DNA of 64,000 nucleotides from an uncultured Duncaniella sp. (lineage in GTDB: Bacteria > Bacteroidota > Bacteroidia > Bacteroidales > Muribaculaceae). Under the pieces are notes generated by a model that searched no databases, had not been told where the DNA came from, and saw only the letters and a program-made list of their open reading frames with translations. A program made the position numbers and the translations under genes. Position 1 is the stretch's first letter. Each line of letters begins with the position of its first letter. The stretch covers positions 360 to 64,359 of the forward strand of contig CAJUGS010000014.1 in NCBI GenBank assembly GCA_910586305.1. Direction: 5' to 3'. Shown here piece after piece: positions 1 to 11,300 of this stretch.

Positions 1-1063
1 AGAGCTTTTCGTGTTGGAATCAGTTACTTACGATGATGTTCGGGCAACTTACCAACCGCGAGAGCCTCCGCGATCTGATTGTCGCTACCGAAGCTCACTC
101 GGGAAAACTCTATCATCTCGGCATGGGAAAATCGGTAACTCGCAGCAATCTTAGCAAAGCCAACGAGCAGCGCGACTATCGCATTTTCGAGGAGTTCGCC
201 TACTTCATGATAGCGCAGGCAAGAAGCAAGAGGCAGACCGATATTTTAAACTCGGAGGGAACGTTTATGCTTTTGATTCGACAACGATAGACCTATGTCT
301 CGCCGTGTTCGACTGGGCAAAATTCAGACGAAACAAAGGCGGCGTCAAGGTGCATACGCTATACGATATCGAAGCACAAGCCCCTGCATTCTTGCATATT
401 ACCACAACTTCGGTTCACGACTCAAAGGCCATGCCGGAGATTCCGCTTGAAGCTGATGCGTACTACATATTCGACCGGGGCTATAACGATTTCGCCAATC
501 TTTTCCGCATACACACCATCGGAGCCTGCTTCGTAGTCCGGGCCAAAAGTAACCTCAGGTACAGGGTTGTCAGCTGGAAAAGAAGGCTGCCAAAGGGCGT
601 CCTATCGGATTCGATTATCGAGTTTACCGTCTATAAAAGTGCCAAGGTATATCCCGAAAAGTTGCGTAGAGTAGTGTTTCAGGATGAGGAGACCGGTGTG
701 ATTTACACGTATCTCACCAACGATATGGAGTCATCCGCACTCGTTGTCGCCAACCTATACAAGAACCGATGGAGCGTGGAACTTTTTTTCAAATGGGTCA
801 AGCAGCACCTCAAAATCAAGAAATTCTGGGGAACATCTGAAAATGCGGTACGCATCCAAATATATTGTGCCATGATTACTTATTGCCTCGTGGCGATAAT
901 GCAACATGATATGCAGCTGGAGCGAAGCGTTTACGAAGTTCTTCAGATTCTTGGAATCTCGCTTACTGACAAAACCCATATACGGGACTTGTTCGACAAA
1001 AAGAATATCAACGATGTCAAAGTTCTCTATGGTTCAAGTGAACCGAATTTATTTAATTTTTGA
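1..1063 (+). pseudogene. IS4-family DDE transposase, 5' end cut by the window edge and frameshifted (ORFs 33-290 and 305-1063)
   Basis: ORF2 has the IS4-type C-terminal block YKNRWSVELFFKWVKQHLKIKKFWG. ORF1 (FGQLTNRESLRDL...) is the N-terminal part. The ORF2 frame stays open upstream of 305 and reads FKLGGNVYAFDSTTIDLCLAVFDWAKF, so the two ORFs join if one T is added to the T4 run at 244-247. Confidence 0.85.
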
Positions 1064-1320
1064 CCCCGTCCATTTTTAGTGGACAGTAGTGTACAAAGTT
1101 ATAAATTTATTTTGGATTAGCCGCTATTGCTGAATGATTTAGGCGTACATTATGTATTATTACTCCCAAAATATGGTCAACTGACCGATTTTTTGGAGTA
1201 AGCCTACTGCTTACCACATATCATTCTCTTTCTTGGACATGGCGGCGATTTCGTCGGCTATCTCCTCGGAGGAGAGCTTTATGTAGTCCATGAAGAAATC
1301 GATTCAACCTTCTGGGATGC

Positions 1321-1737
1321 GTGGATCCCTTTTCTCTTGACATCATACAGTCTCACTCTATGGTTTATGTGGATGCCGAGCAGACAAAGACATTTCTTCA
1401 AAAGGTAAGGCTCGCCTCTGGTGATACTCCGGTCTCCATTGTTCTCGACAATGCCCGTTATCAGCATTGTCAGGCAGTAAAGGATAAGGCGGCCGAGCTC
1501 GGAATCAACCTCTTATTTCTGCCTCCGTACTCTCCGAACCTCAACATAATCGAAAGGTTTGGAAGTATACAAAACGTCAGGTTTTGGCTGGAAAGTACTT
1601 CGACTCCCCGGCCAAATTCCATGAGACTCTCAGGTTCTTTTTTTGAGGTTGATTATATCAATCATAAACCGAATCTCAGCTCATTGCTGACTCTTAGATT
1701 TCAATCATTCGAAAATGCACATTTACTTTGTGCGTGA
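1321..1737 (+). pseudogene. IS630-family (DDE_3) transposase, C-terminal fragment with internal frame errors
   Basis: VLDNARYQHCQAVKDKAAELGINLLFLPPYSPNLNIIER is the IS630/Tc1-type DDE region. Between T runs at 1558-1560 and 1638-1644 the expected peptide (WKYTKRQVLAGKYFDSPAKFHETLRFFF) lies in another frame. There is no N-terminal half. Confidence 0.75.
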
Positions 1738-1868
1738 GCTATAATACCCCTGCACAAGTCTAATCTTAATACTTTATCTGACAGAATCATCCCATCCTCA
1801 ATCTTAAAAATATAAGATGCCGTCTCTCCCTTTATATAATCAAGATATTCTTCTATCGTTATATTCCT

Positions 1869-2230
1869 TCAATAGACGCCTTCATACTGTTTTATCGCTT
1901 TTACGATTTCCCAATCATTACTTTTTGGTTCAATTTCATCAGGCTGGTCCGACATCATGCGGGTGATGCCCTTATGCCCGGGCTGACCGCCAGGCTTCTT
2001 CCCGCTTTTCTCACGCAGCGAAGATGTGCGCCTCTTGATTTCGTCACCCATACGCTCTTTGGACGGCGGCACACTGCTGTTGCCGGAGTTCTTTGGCGGC
2101 TGCGGGTCTCATACTTTGACAGCTTCTCACGCAAGTCTTTGTTCGGGTCAAGCCGAAATTGAAGACCGTTTCGGTGATTCACTCGAACGCATGACTGCTG
2201 TAATAGCCCGTCACAGCGCATACTTCGCAC
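1869..2230 (-). pseudogene. IS66-family transposase, N-terminal fragment, frameshifted
   Basis: MPPSKE...SLREKSGKKPGGQPGHKG is the typical IS66 TnpC N-terminal motif. It is split over two overlapping minus-strand ORFs (1869-2072 and 1955-2230) and loses similarity after GHKGITRMMSDQPDEI. Confidence 0.6.
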
Positions 2231-2536
2231 TGCATTTTCTCAATCATCCAGGTGTGTCTGGCACATCTGTTTCGCGAATGTCAGTATCTCAATGAACTTG
2301 ACAGGGGGCTGGAATGGTCAAAGTCTGTGGAAAGCCTCTTTCAGGAAGCCATTCACGTGCGCAATCAGAAGCCGACGGAGTCGATTAACCCGCAGACATG
2401 GCTTGACCGCCTTGACAAACTCATTGATGAAAACCTGTCCAAGCTCAATGAAAAATTTTACACCTTCAAGAACGGCCTGCTGAAATGCCGTGACTGTCGG
2501 ATGGAAGACGAAATGTTTCATGGTGATACCGTTTAG
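2207..2536 (+). pseudogene. IS66-family transposase, C-terminal fragment
   Basis: QVCLAHLFRECQYLNELD...WSKSVESLFQEAIHVR matches the IS66 C-terminal CxAHxxRE block. It is on the opposite strand to, and abuts, the N-terminal fragment. Confidence 0.55.
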
Positions 2537-2658
2537 GATACATAACGAGACTATGGTAGGGCGATTGATGTTTGCCACGCTCGGGATTATTGATTAATTT
2601 TGTAAATAAGTTTTGGCAATTTACAAAGCGTACTTATCTAATTATATAGCTAGACTAG

Positions 2659-5600
2659 ATGAATCTACTCAGAGGTATCACATTTTTTTGTTCATTGGTG
2701 TTTGCCGCCGCGGTCTCCGCGACGGAACATCATGTGTTCCGCAGGCTTGAAATAGCTAATGGAATGTCAAACAACAATGTCAAGACTATTCTGAAAGACA
2801 AGAAAGGATTTCTTTGGGTCGGAACGGCATCCGGGCTGAACCGTTATGACGGCTATGGGTTCCGACAGTACGGACTCATGTCATCGACTGAGTCCATTGA
2901 TGATTATCTGAGCGACATCTGGTCGTTGCAGGAGGATTATGACGGTAATATCTGGGTGAGAGGCTATAAGTATTACTCGGTTTTCAATCGTGATAAAGAT
3001 GCGTTTTCGGTTGAGGTGCCGAAGCTGCTGGCTGGATATGGAATTGAAGTGACTGACAACTATTGTGTGTATGTTGACCGCAGTCGGAATCTGTGGGTAT
3101 TGACTGACAATACGATACACTTTTTTGATATGTCGGCCAGAAAACTGAAGTCGATACCCCATTCGATTGGTACGCTATATTCAAACATCGGTATATCAGA
3201 TGATTCGGCAGGGTTGTACATCCTGATGGAAACTGGAGAGATATACACCATCGACAAATCCCGGCTGACAATAGGACACACAGATGGACCTGAAGGCATC
3301 AACAGCGCCAATCACATATATGCCGATTATCAGCATGGACTGTGGCTGTTTTCGGACCACAATGACGATATTTTTTATCGGAAGCAATCGTCCCGATGGG
3401 TTCGGTTGCCGTTGCCGAGCTCCAGTCTGACCCAAAGTAAGGGCGTCTGCAGTATCCTTGATGATAAAAGTGGCCATGTCTTGATTGGGACTGACCACAA
3501 CGGTCTGTTTATCTACAGCCAGTCAAGTGGGGAGCTGGAGTCGTTTGTCCACGATTCGATGACGCCAGGGACGCTCCCGTCCAACAATGTCTCCTATATC
3601 TATCAGGATTCTGATAATACTATCTGGTTCGGACATAACAAATCAGGTATATCATATTATAACAACGACCTGCTTCAGTTTGAAAATTTCAGCCTATGCA
3701 GAGGCCTTGACGTAGCATCGCTGCTCACTGACAGCAGAAACAATCTGTGGATAGGCACCGATGGCAACGGTCTGCTGATCCTTCGCCCCGGAAGCGAGAC
3801 CATAGAACGGATGCCGGCTGTGTTCAACGGCTCGATAATCTGTCTGGAAGAAGATTCCGACGGCCGCATATGGGTCGGCAGCTACGGCAACGGTCTTTAC
3901 TGCATCGACGGCAACAACGTCAGACATTTCACAACCGCCAACAGCTCACTCATATCAGACATCATATGGGCCCTTCAGAACGACGAAGCGGGCAATATCT
4001 GGATAGCAACACTTAAAGGAACACAATATGTCAGCGGCAAAACAGACAATTTCATATCCGTCCTTACAGCCAAAGGTGAACAGATCAACTCCATGTGTCT
4101 CCACTCAGACAAGGGCGACACAGTCTATATCGGATCATTCGACGGCTTATATAAAGTTGATACAGCCACAAAAAAAGCAAGCGCACACTTCACAAACCGC
4201 CGCAATACCCAAAGCCTGAAACAAGGATTTGTTTCCCAGATCTATAAAGACCGCGAAGGGCGCCTGTGGGTGGGTCATAACCAAGGCCTCACGATCTGGG
4301 ACACAGCACGTGACTCAATGTATTACCTTGATAAAAAGAGCGGACTGTGCGACAACATGATCCGAGCCATCCTCGAAGACAATGACGGCCACATATATGC
4401 ATCGACAAGCAACGGTCTCTCAATAATCACCGTCCTGGAGTCCGCCGACGGGGCTCTGAGCTACAGCATGAGAAACTACACTAAAAAAGACGGTCTCAAA
4501 AGCACATTTTTCAATTCAAAAGCCGTCACTTGCCCCGACAGCAGCTCCATTCTGTTCGGAACCTCAGACGGCTGCATCTCGTTCTATCCTGAAAAAGTGT
4601 TCAGAGACCGGTGCATGCCTCCTGACATACTGTTCACCGATCTTTACATCGGAGGCACACGCATAGGCATCGACTCTCTCTATGAGGACCGCCTGATTCT
4701 TAAAAATGCGCTGGAGGCAACAAAGCAGATAGAACTCAGCTATGACGACAGACTTATCACAATCGAATTTACAGTCTGTGACCTTACCGGCCAATCCGGA
4801 GTCCGCTATGCCTATATGCTTGAAGGCATTGACTCCAGATGGATCTTTTCTGATGAAAACAAAGTGACTTTCACTTCACTGCCATATGGCAATTACAGAC
4901 TTCTGGTAAAATCCGGACTTCCGAACGGCAACTGGAAAGAAGATCCGGCCATACTTGAAATCCGCGTCAGACCTCCGTTCTACATGTCCATCTGGGCATG
5001 TATCATATACCTCTTCATTATTATCGGCGGTGTAATACTGGTGACAGCTCTCATCAGAAGAAGACACCGCCAGAAACTCGCCATCCAGCGACAGACTATC
5101 GAAAGCCAGCAGATTGTACGCGTCAATGAACTCAAGCTCAAATTCTTCACTAACATCAGCCACGATCTGCGCACACCGCTCACTCTTATCATGGCACCTC
5201 TACAGGTCTTGCTTGACGAAGTGAAGGATGAGCCGACGAAAAAGAAACTGCTGACAATCTTCTCAAACGCCCGACGGCTTCTCGACCTCATCAACACCCT
5301 GCTCGATTTCCGCAAACTCGATGTAGGAGCTGAAGGACTCCACTGTCGTAGAGATGACATCATGCGCTTCATCAGCGAACAGTGTGCCCTTTTCACAGAC
5401 TACGCGGCAAACCGCGGCATGAATTTTACCGCCGAATGCGATCCGTCAGGCTATATGATGGACTTTGACTCCGCGAAAGTAGGCAAAATCCTTAACAACC
5501 TGTTGTCAAATGCTTTTAAATATACTCCTGACGGAGGAAATGTAAGCGTGAAAGCCACTCTGAAAAATGGAGACCTGATAATCCGCATCGCCGACAGCGG

Positions 5601-6657
5601 ACAAGGCATAACCCCGGAAGCAAAAAAACATATCTTCGAACGCTTCTATCAGGGCGAGCAAGGCAACCATAAAACCGGAAGCGGAATCGGGCTGCATATA
5701 GCTAATGAATACGCCCGCATGCACGGAGGCGGTATCACAGTCAGCGACAACCATCCCAAAGGATCTGTATTCACGCTGACTCTACCGGTTGACGGATGCT
5801 CCGCTCAATCCAATCCTGAAAAAAACTCCGGCGCCTCCGGGACTCCGGCCGAACCATCGGCTCCTGAAAACATTTCTGAAGAATTATCTGCCGCAGACTC
5901 TCCAGCCACCATTCTTATTGTGGATGACAACGAGGAGTATCGCGATTTCATAGCCGACACTCTATCCAAAGACTACACGATATTTAAAGCCGGCAACGGA
6001 CGTGAGGCGCTTGACATCATGGCCAAAGAAAACATCAGCCTGATTGTTAGCGATGTGATGATGCCGGTTATGGACGGAATGGAACTATGCCGGCAGGTCA
6101 AGACCAATATCCGGTGGTCTCACATCCCAGTCATACTGCTGACCGCCAAAACCGCTGAGGAATACCGTCTCGAAGGGCTCGAACTCGGAGCCGACGACTA
6201 TCTGACCAAACCGTTCAATCTCAGTCTCCTGCAACTGCGCATAAAGAAATTCATAGACCTGTTCGAACGCAACCACCGGATGTTCAGCAATAAGCTCGAT
6301 GTCTCCCCAAGCGAGATCACCATAACCTCACTTGATGAGAAACTCGTTGAAAAAGCCATTCGCATTGTCGAGGAGCATATGAGCGACTCTGACTTCTCCG
6401 TCGAGTTACTGAGTTCCGAACTTGCCATTAGCCGCGGATATCTCTATAAAAAGCTTATGGCTATCACAGGCAAAGGCCCGGCCGAATTCATACGCACCAT
6501 CAGGCTGAAACGCGCCCGGCAGCTGCTTGAGCAAAGCCAGATGCAGGTTGCCGAGATCGCCTACATGTGCGGTTTCAACTCTCCGCGACGCTTTGCCCAG
6601 AATTTCAAAAACGAGTTCGGAATGTTACCTTCTGAGTTTTTGAAGGGTCGTACATGA
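2659..6657 (+). CDS. Hybrid two-component system sensor kinase/response regulator with AraC-type HTH (PUL regulator)
   Basis: 1332 aa. Signal/TM segment, then periplasmic beta-propeller-like repeats (GLNRYDG, GTDGNGL, SYGNGLY), then a TM helix. HisKA box FFTNISHDLRTPL, HATPase (GSGIGLHIA), receiver (ILIVDDN...SDVMMPVMDG...LTAK), and a C-terminal AraC HTH. Confidence 0.95.
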   Translation: MNLLRGITFFCSLVFAAAVSATEHHVFRRLEIANGMSNNNVKTILKDKKGFLWVGTASGLNRYDGYGFRQYGLMSSTESIDDYLSDIWSLQEDYDGNIWVRGYKYYSVFNRDKDAFSVEVPKLLAGYGIEVTDNYCVYVDRSRNLWVLTDNTIHFFDMSARKLKSIPHSIGTLYSNIGISDDSAGLYILMETGEIYTIDKSRLTIGHTDGPEGINSANHIYADYQHGLWLFSDHNDDIFYRKQSSRWVRLPLPSSSLTQSKGVCSILDDKSGHVLIGTDHNGLFIYSQSSGELESFVHDSMTPGTLPSNNVSYIYQDSDNTIWFGHNKSGISYYNNDLLQFENFSLCRGLDVASLLTDSRNNLWIGTDGNGLLILRPGSETIERMPAVFNGSIICLEEDSDGRIWVGSYGNGLYCIDGNNVRHFTTANSSLISDIIWALQNDEAGNIWIATLKGTQYVSGKTDNFISVLTAKGEQINSMCLHSDKGDTVYIGSFDGLYKVDTATKKASAHFTNRRNTQSLKQGFVSQIYKDREGRLWVGHNQGLTIWDTARDSMYYLDKKSGLCDNMIRAILEDNDGHIYASTSNGLSIITVLESADGALSYSMRNYTKKDGLKSTFFNSKAVTCPDSSSILFGTSDGCISFYPEKVFRDRCMPPDILFTDLYIGGTRIGIDSLYEDRLILKNALEATKQIELSYDDRLITIEFTVCDLTGQSGVRYAYMLEGIDSRWIFSDENKVTFTSLPYGNYRLLVKSGLPNGNWKEDPAILEIRVRPPFYMSIWACIIYLFIIIGGVILVTALIRRRHRQKLAIQRQTIESQQIVRVNELKLKFFTNISHDLRTPLTLIMAPLQVLLDEVKDEPTKKKLLTIFSNARRLLDLINTLLDFRKLDVGAEGLHCRRDDIMRFISEQCALFTDYAANRGMNFTAECDPSGYMMDFDSAKVGKILNNLLSNAFKYTPDGGNVSVKATLKNGDLIIRIADSGQGITPEAKKHIFERFYQGEQGNHKTGSGIGLHIANEYARMHGGGITVSDNHPKGSVFTLTLPVDGCSAQSNPEKNSGASGTPAEPSAPENISEELSAADSPATILIVDDNEEYRDFIADTLSKDYTIFKAGNGREALDIMAKENISLIVSDVMMPVMDGMELCRQVKTNIRWSHIPVILLTAKTAEEYRLEGLELGADDYLTKPFNLSLLQLRIKKFIDLFERNHRMFSNKLDVSPSEITITSLDEKLVEKAIRIVEEHMSDSDFSVELLSSELAISRGYLYKKLMAITGKGPAEFIRTIRLKRARQLLEQSQMQVAEIAYMCGFNSPRRFAQNFKNEFGMLPSEFLKGRT

Positions 6658-6770
6658 TTCATGATACATCGCGACGCATTCCAGAACACATAATGACATA
6701 AGACTATCCGGAGGCTGTAACTATATTTGTTTCAGCTAATCATTATCAGCCTCTAACACAAATCAGTCTT

Positions 6771-8270
6771 ATGTTATCAAAAAAACAACTTGCCGGCATT
6801 TTTGCTGTCACCTTACTTATAAACGGTACTTCCGCGGCAGAAGCCATGACAGACCATCAGTTTGAAAAAACGCCGAAACTCGGCACCGGAAACTGCAATC
6901 CACTGCTCGACTTTCTGCATGTAGCCGATCCGACAGCCGTGGTGCATGACGGGCGTGTGTATGTCTACGGAACAAACGACCAGCAGGAACTTGACTCCGT
7001 GGGGCGCGATGGCAAAAACAGCTACGCACATATCCATTCGCTCGCTATGATGTCGTCAGATGATATGGTAAACTGGACCTACCACGGAATCATCGATGTG
7101 GAACAGGCTGCCCCCTGGACCGGCGAAAAAGGCGTATCATGGGCTCCGTCCATAATCTCACGCACCGAAAGTGACGGCCTGACTCATTTCTATATGTACT
7201 ACTCCCACGGTGGAGGCGGTGTCGGTGTCATCACCGCCACTTCTCCTGTAGGCCCCTGGACCGACCCGCTCGGTCATGACCTTATAGATGTGAACACCCC
7301 CGGACTTACAGACTGCCCGGCCCCCTTCGATCCGGGTGCGGTCATTGACGAAAACGGCGTAGGCTGGCTCTCATTCGGAGGAGGACGTAGCTCAAAAGCC
7401 ACTACATTTCTGCCCGGAAGCGCCCGCATAGTCCGCCTCGGAAGCGACCTTCTGAGTCTCGACAGCGAAATCAGCGAAATTCCCGCTCCATACTTCTTTG
7501 AAGCCAGTGAGCTGAACTATATAAACGGCACATGGGTCTACTCCTACAGCACCGATTGGGTCGACCGCACCGAATGGAATGATCCTGAAGTCTCGCACCC
7601 CTCAATCTGTTCGATCGGTTATATGACATCGACCGACCCGCTCAACCGCGACAGTTGGAAATTCCGCGGCGACATTCTCAAAAATCCTCATGACTATGGG
7701 ATGGAATACACCAACAATCACACCCACTTCCTGCGTTTCAACAACGAATATTACATCTTCTATCACACCAATCACCTTGCTGACTTCAGAGGCATCACTA
7801 CCGGCTACCGGAATATCTGCGTAGACCGACTTGATGTTGACGAAAACAGCGTCGCAATACCGACCGGACAGATGACCCAGACCGGAGTCGCACAGATCAA
7901 ACCGCTCGATCCGTTCGCGTGGCAGCAGGCCGAGACCGTAGCCGCCACCTCAGGCATAAAATTCGAACACACTGACGTGGCAGGCAACATGGTTGCCTGC
8001 GGATTAGGCTCAGGTCAGCAGTCTGAAGTCCGTGGCGCAGATTTCGGGAAAGGAGCTTCTCGATTCGAAGCCAAAGTCAGAGGCAAAGGTGTTATCGACA
8101 TCCACATCGGAAGTTCCAAAGGCAAGCGCGTAGCAAGTCTCGTCATTGATCACCCCCAATGGCAGACCGTCAGCGTCCGGCTCGGCAAAAAGCTCAAAGG
8201 GAGCCAGGACCTCTGCTTCGTCTACCGGGACGGCGATTTCAAATTCGACGAATGGCGTTTCATCCGCTGA
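6771..8270 (+). CDS. GH43 glycoside hydrolase (arabinofuranosidase/xylosidase type) with C-terminal CBM6-like module
   Basis: Signal peptide. GH43 catalytic-type motifs VADPTAVVHDG, FDPGAVIDENG, FFEASEL. The C-terminal ~130 aa are beta-sandwich-like and end in FKFDEWRF. Confidence 0.85.
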   Translation: MLSKKQLAGIFAVTLLINGTSAAEAMTDHQFEKTPKLGTGNCNPLLDFLHVADPTAVVHDGRVYVYGTNDQQELDSVGRDGKNSYAHIHSLAMMSSDDMVNWTYHGIIDVEQAAPWTGEKGVSWAPSIISRTESDGLTHFYMYYSHGGGGVGVITATSPVGPWTDPLGHDLIDVNTPGLTDCPAPFDPGAVIDENGVGWLSFGGGRSSKATTFLPGSARIVRLGSDLLSLDSEISEIPAPYFFEASELNYINGTWVYSYSTDWVDRTEWNDPEVSHPSICSIGYMTSTDPLNRDSWKFRGDILKNPHDYGMEYTNNHTHFLRFNNEYYIFYHTNHLADFRGITTGYRNICVDRLDVDENSVAIPTGQMTQTGVAQIKPLDPFAWQQAETVAATSGIKFEHTDVAGNMVACGLGSGQQSEVRGADFGKGASRFEAKVRGKGVIDIHIGSSKGKRVASLVIDHPQWQTVSVRLGKKLKGSQDLCFVYRDGDFKFDEWRFIR

Positions 8271-8376
8271 TCACACATTGCCATAGACACAGACGCTCTA
8301 TACATATTAGAAGTCGTTAAAAACAACCTCTTAAACCTGAAAACATTTATCATCTTACCATTAATATCATGAAGTT

Positions 8377-11300
8377 ATGCAAGTCGCATTGAAAAAACAA
8401 CGGCACCTGTTACGATTGATAGTTGCCGTGTTGCTGGGATGTGTTGTCTTCCCAAGTTTTGCACAGGACTTTAAACTTACCGGCGTGGTCAGAGGCGCTG
8501 ATGACAACATGCCTCTGATCGGAGCCACAGTAAGAGTCCAGTCCGGAGCAGTCACTGTCACTGATGCCGATGGCGCTTTCAGCGTCAACGTCAGAAAAGG
8601 ACAGACAGTGACATTCTCCTACATCGGCTACACAACCCAAAGCATCAAAGTCAGTGACAGATCCAAAGTCGAGATCTATCTCAAGGAAGACTCCAGGACG
8701 CTGGATGAAGTAGTGGTTGTCGGTTACGGAACCATGAAGCGCAGCGACCTGACAGGATCTGTGGTATCAGTCTCTGCGGAAGACATCAAAAAAACCGTGG
8801 CCACATCGCTTGACCAGGCTCTTCAGGGCCGTGCTGCCGGTGTGCAGGTGACGCAGAACTCCGGCGCCCCCGGCGGCGGTATCTCGGTCAGCATCCGAGG
8901 CACAAACTCGCTCAACGGCAACGAGCCTCTCTACGTAGTCGACGGTGTGCCCCTCTCAGGCCAGGCCGACGGCAATTCAAATGCTCTTTCAGCCATCAAC
9001 CCCTCTGACATCGTGTCAATGGAAGTGCTGAAAGACGCATCGGCCACAGCCATTTACGGTTCACGCGCGAGCAACGGCGTGATCATGATCACTACCCGAC
9101 GCGGTGAAGCAGGAAAAACCAAACTCAGCTATGAAGGTTATTACGGAATCCAGAACATCCCCGACCGCCTCGACGTAATGGACCTGCGCCAGTTCGCCAC
9201 CTACCGTAACCTCCGTGCCGAGGTGATGGGATTCGGCGCCACCAAGGAATTCGCCGATGTCTCTATTCTCGGCAAAGGCACCGACTGGCAGGACGAAATC
9301 TTCAGAACAGCCCACATGCACAACCACCAGCTGACAGTCTCAGGCGGCAACGACTGGGGTAAATATGCCATCGGCTTAGGCTATCTCGGTCAGGACGGTA
9401 TTGCTATCGGATCAGATTTCGAGCGTCTGTCAGGTCGAATCAACATCGACACCAACATCACCAAATGGCTTTCATTCGGTGTCAGCGCCTCTTTGAGCCG
9501 CACAAAGCAGACCAACACGATTGACAACGGCAATATCATCCGCACCGCACTCGACCAGCACCCCAACGTACCTGTCAGAAACCCTGACGGATCATACGGC
9601 TATCAGACCGAAGACAACAACTTCGGCACATTCTATGCAAACCCCGTGGCCGATGCTCTGCTCCGCGAAGATTATAACCGCGGAACTGACTTCTACGGCA
9701 ACCTGTTTGCCGACTTCAAGATCATCGACGGTCTGAATCTGCGTGTGGAATACGGCGGAGGCTTCAACTACAGCAACCACTACTATTACCGCCCGACTTA
9801 CGACTACGGCTATTTCATTCAGGACTCTGAAAGTTCACGAAGCGCAAGCAACGGCAAGAACTATTTCTTCAAGACATTCCTGACCTACGACAAGCACATA
9901 CGCAACCACTCGTTCAACGTGATGATCGGTCATGAGTCAAGTGAAAACGAATATGAATATCTCTCCGGAAGCCGAAAAAACTACTTCCTCAACTCAGTCC
10001 ACGAACTTGTAGCCGGCGATGCGCTGACAGCCAAAAACAACAGTTCGAGAGGATCAGGCTCGATGGAGTCATATTTCGGACGCGCCAACTACAATTTTGC
10101 CGACCGCTATCTGCTGACCTTCACACTGCGTGCCGACGGATCTTCGAACTTCGGCAAAGCCAACCGCTGGGGCTGGTTCCCGTCAGCAGCCTTCGGATGG
10201 CGCATCTCTCAGGAAAAATTCATGAAAAACGTAGAGCCTGTCAATAACCTCAAACTGCGTTTAGGCTGGGGTATAGTCGGAAATCAGAACGCCGGAGCAT
10301 ACGCCTACGGCACCACTATGGCTTCAAGCGCCACTATCTGGGGCGCAGGATTCTACGCCGGAAACTACTCCAACGACAAACTCAAATGGGAAGAGACAAA
10401 ATCGTACAACGTAGGTCTTGATCTGACCATGTTCAACAACAGACTCGAATTCATAATCGACGCCTATCTTAAAAAGACAGACAATCTGCTTATGCAGGCC
10501 TCACTGCCTGACTACGTGACCTCCATCATCTCCTCACCTTGGGTCAATGCCGGAGCCATAGAAAACAAAGGCTTCGAATGGACTCTCAACACCGTCAACA
10601 TCAGCACCCGCGACTTCTCATGGCGTACAGGATTCACCTTCTCGCTTAACCGCAACAAGGTGACCAAGCTCTACACTAAGACATCAAGCATCACCGGAAA
10701 GATCGGAGCTGACACCTATACCAACACCGTTGTCGGACAGCCCGTTGGCCAGTTCTACGGCTACAACGTAATCGGCATGTTCAAGGAAGCTGACGATTTC
10801 TATGTCAAAGACAAGAACGGCGACTTCATGCTTGACGACAACTTCAACAGAATTCTCGTGGCAATTCCTGAAGGCAAAACAATCAAGGAGAACGAGATCT
10901 GGTATGGCGACTACATATTCGAAGACGTGAACAAAGACGGAGTAATCAATGAAAGCGACCGTAAGTTCATAGGCAATCCTGAGCCAAAATTCACTTACGG
11001 ATTCAACACCACCCTTACTTACAAAGACTTTGACTTCAACCTCTCACTTGTAGGAGTACAGGGCAACAAGGTGTTCAACTACCTGCGCCAGGTCTACACA
11101 GACCCTATGAGGAACTCCAATCTTCTTCTGGAAACCACAAGGCTCGCCAACGTAGGGCTCATTGATCCTGACGGAGGCCATACGTTTGAAAACATGCATG
11201 TCATCAACTCCGACGCCCGTATCTGCCGCATCGCTCTTGATAATTCGAACAACAACAACCGCATGAGCAGCTATTTTGTTGAAGACGGTTCATATCTGCG

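Noticed and set aside
1203-1290. Short minus-strand reading frame ending ...FFMDYIKLSSEEIADEIAAMSKKENDMW-stop, between the IS4 and IS630 remnants
   Set aside because: It is only a C-terminal scrap with no start codon and no identifiable family, probably a gene fragment truncated by IS insertions.
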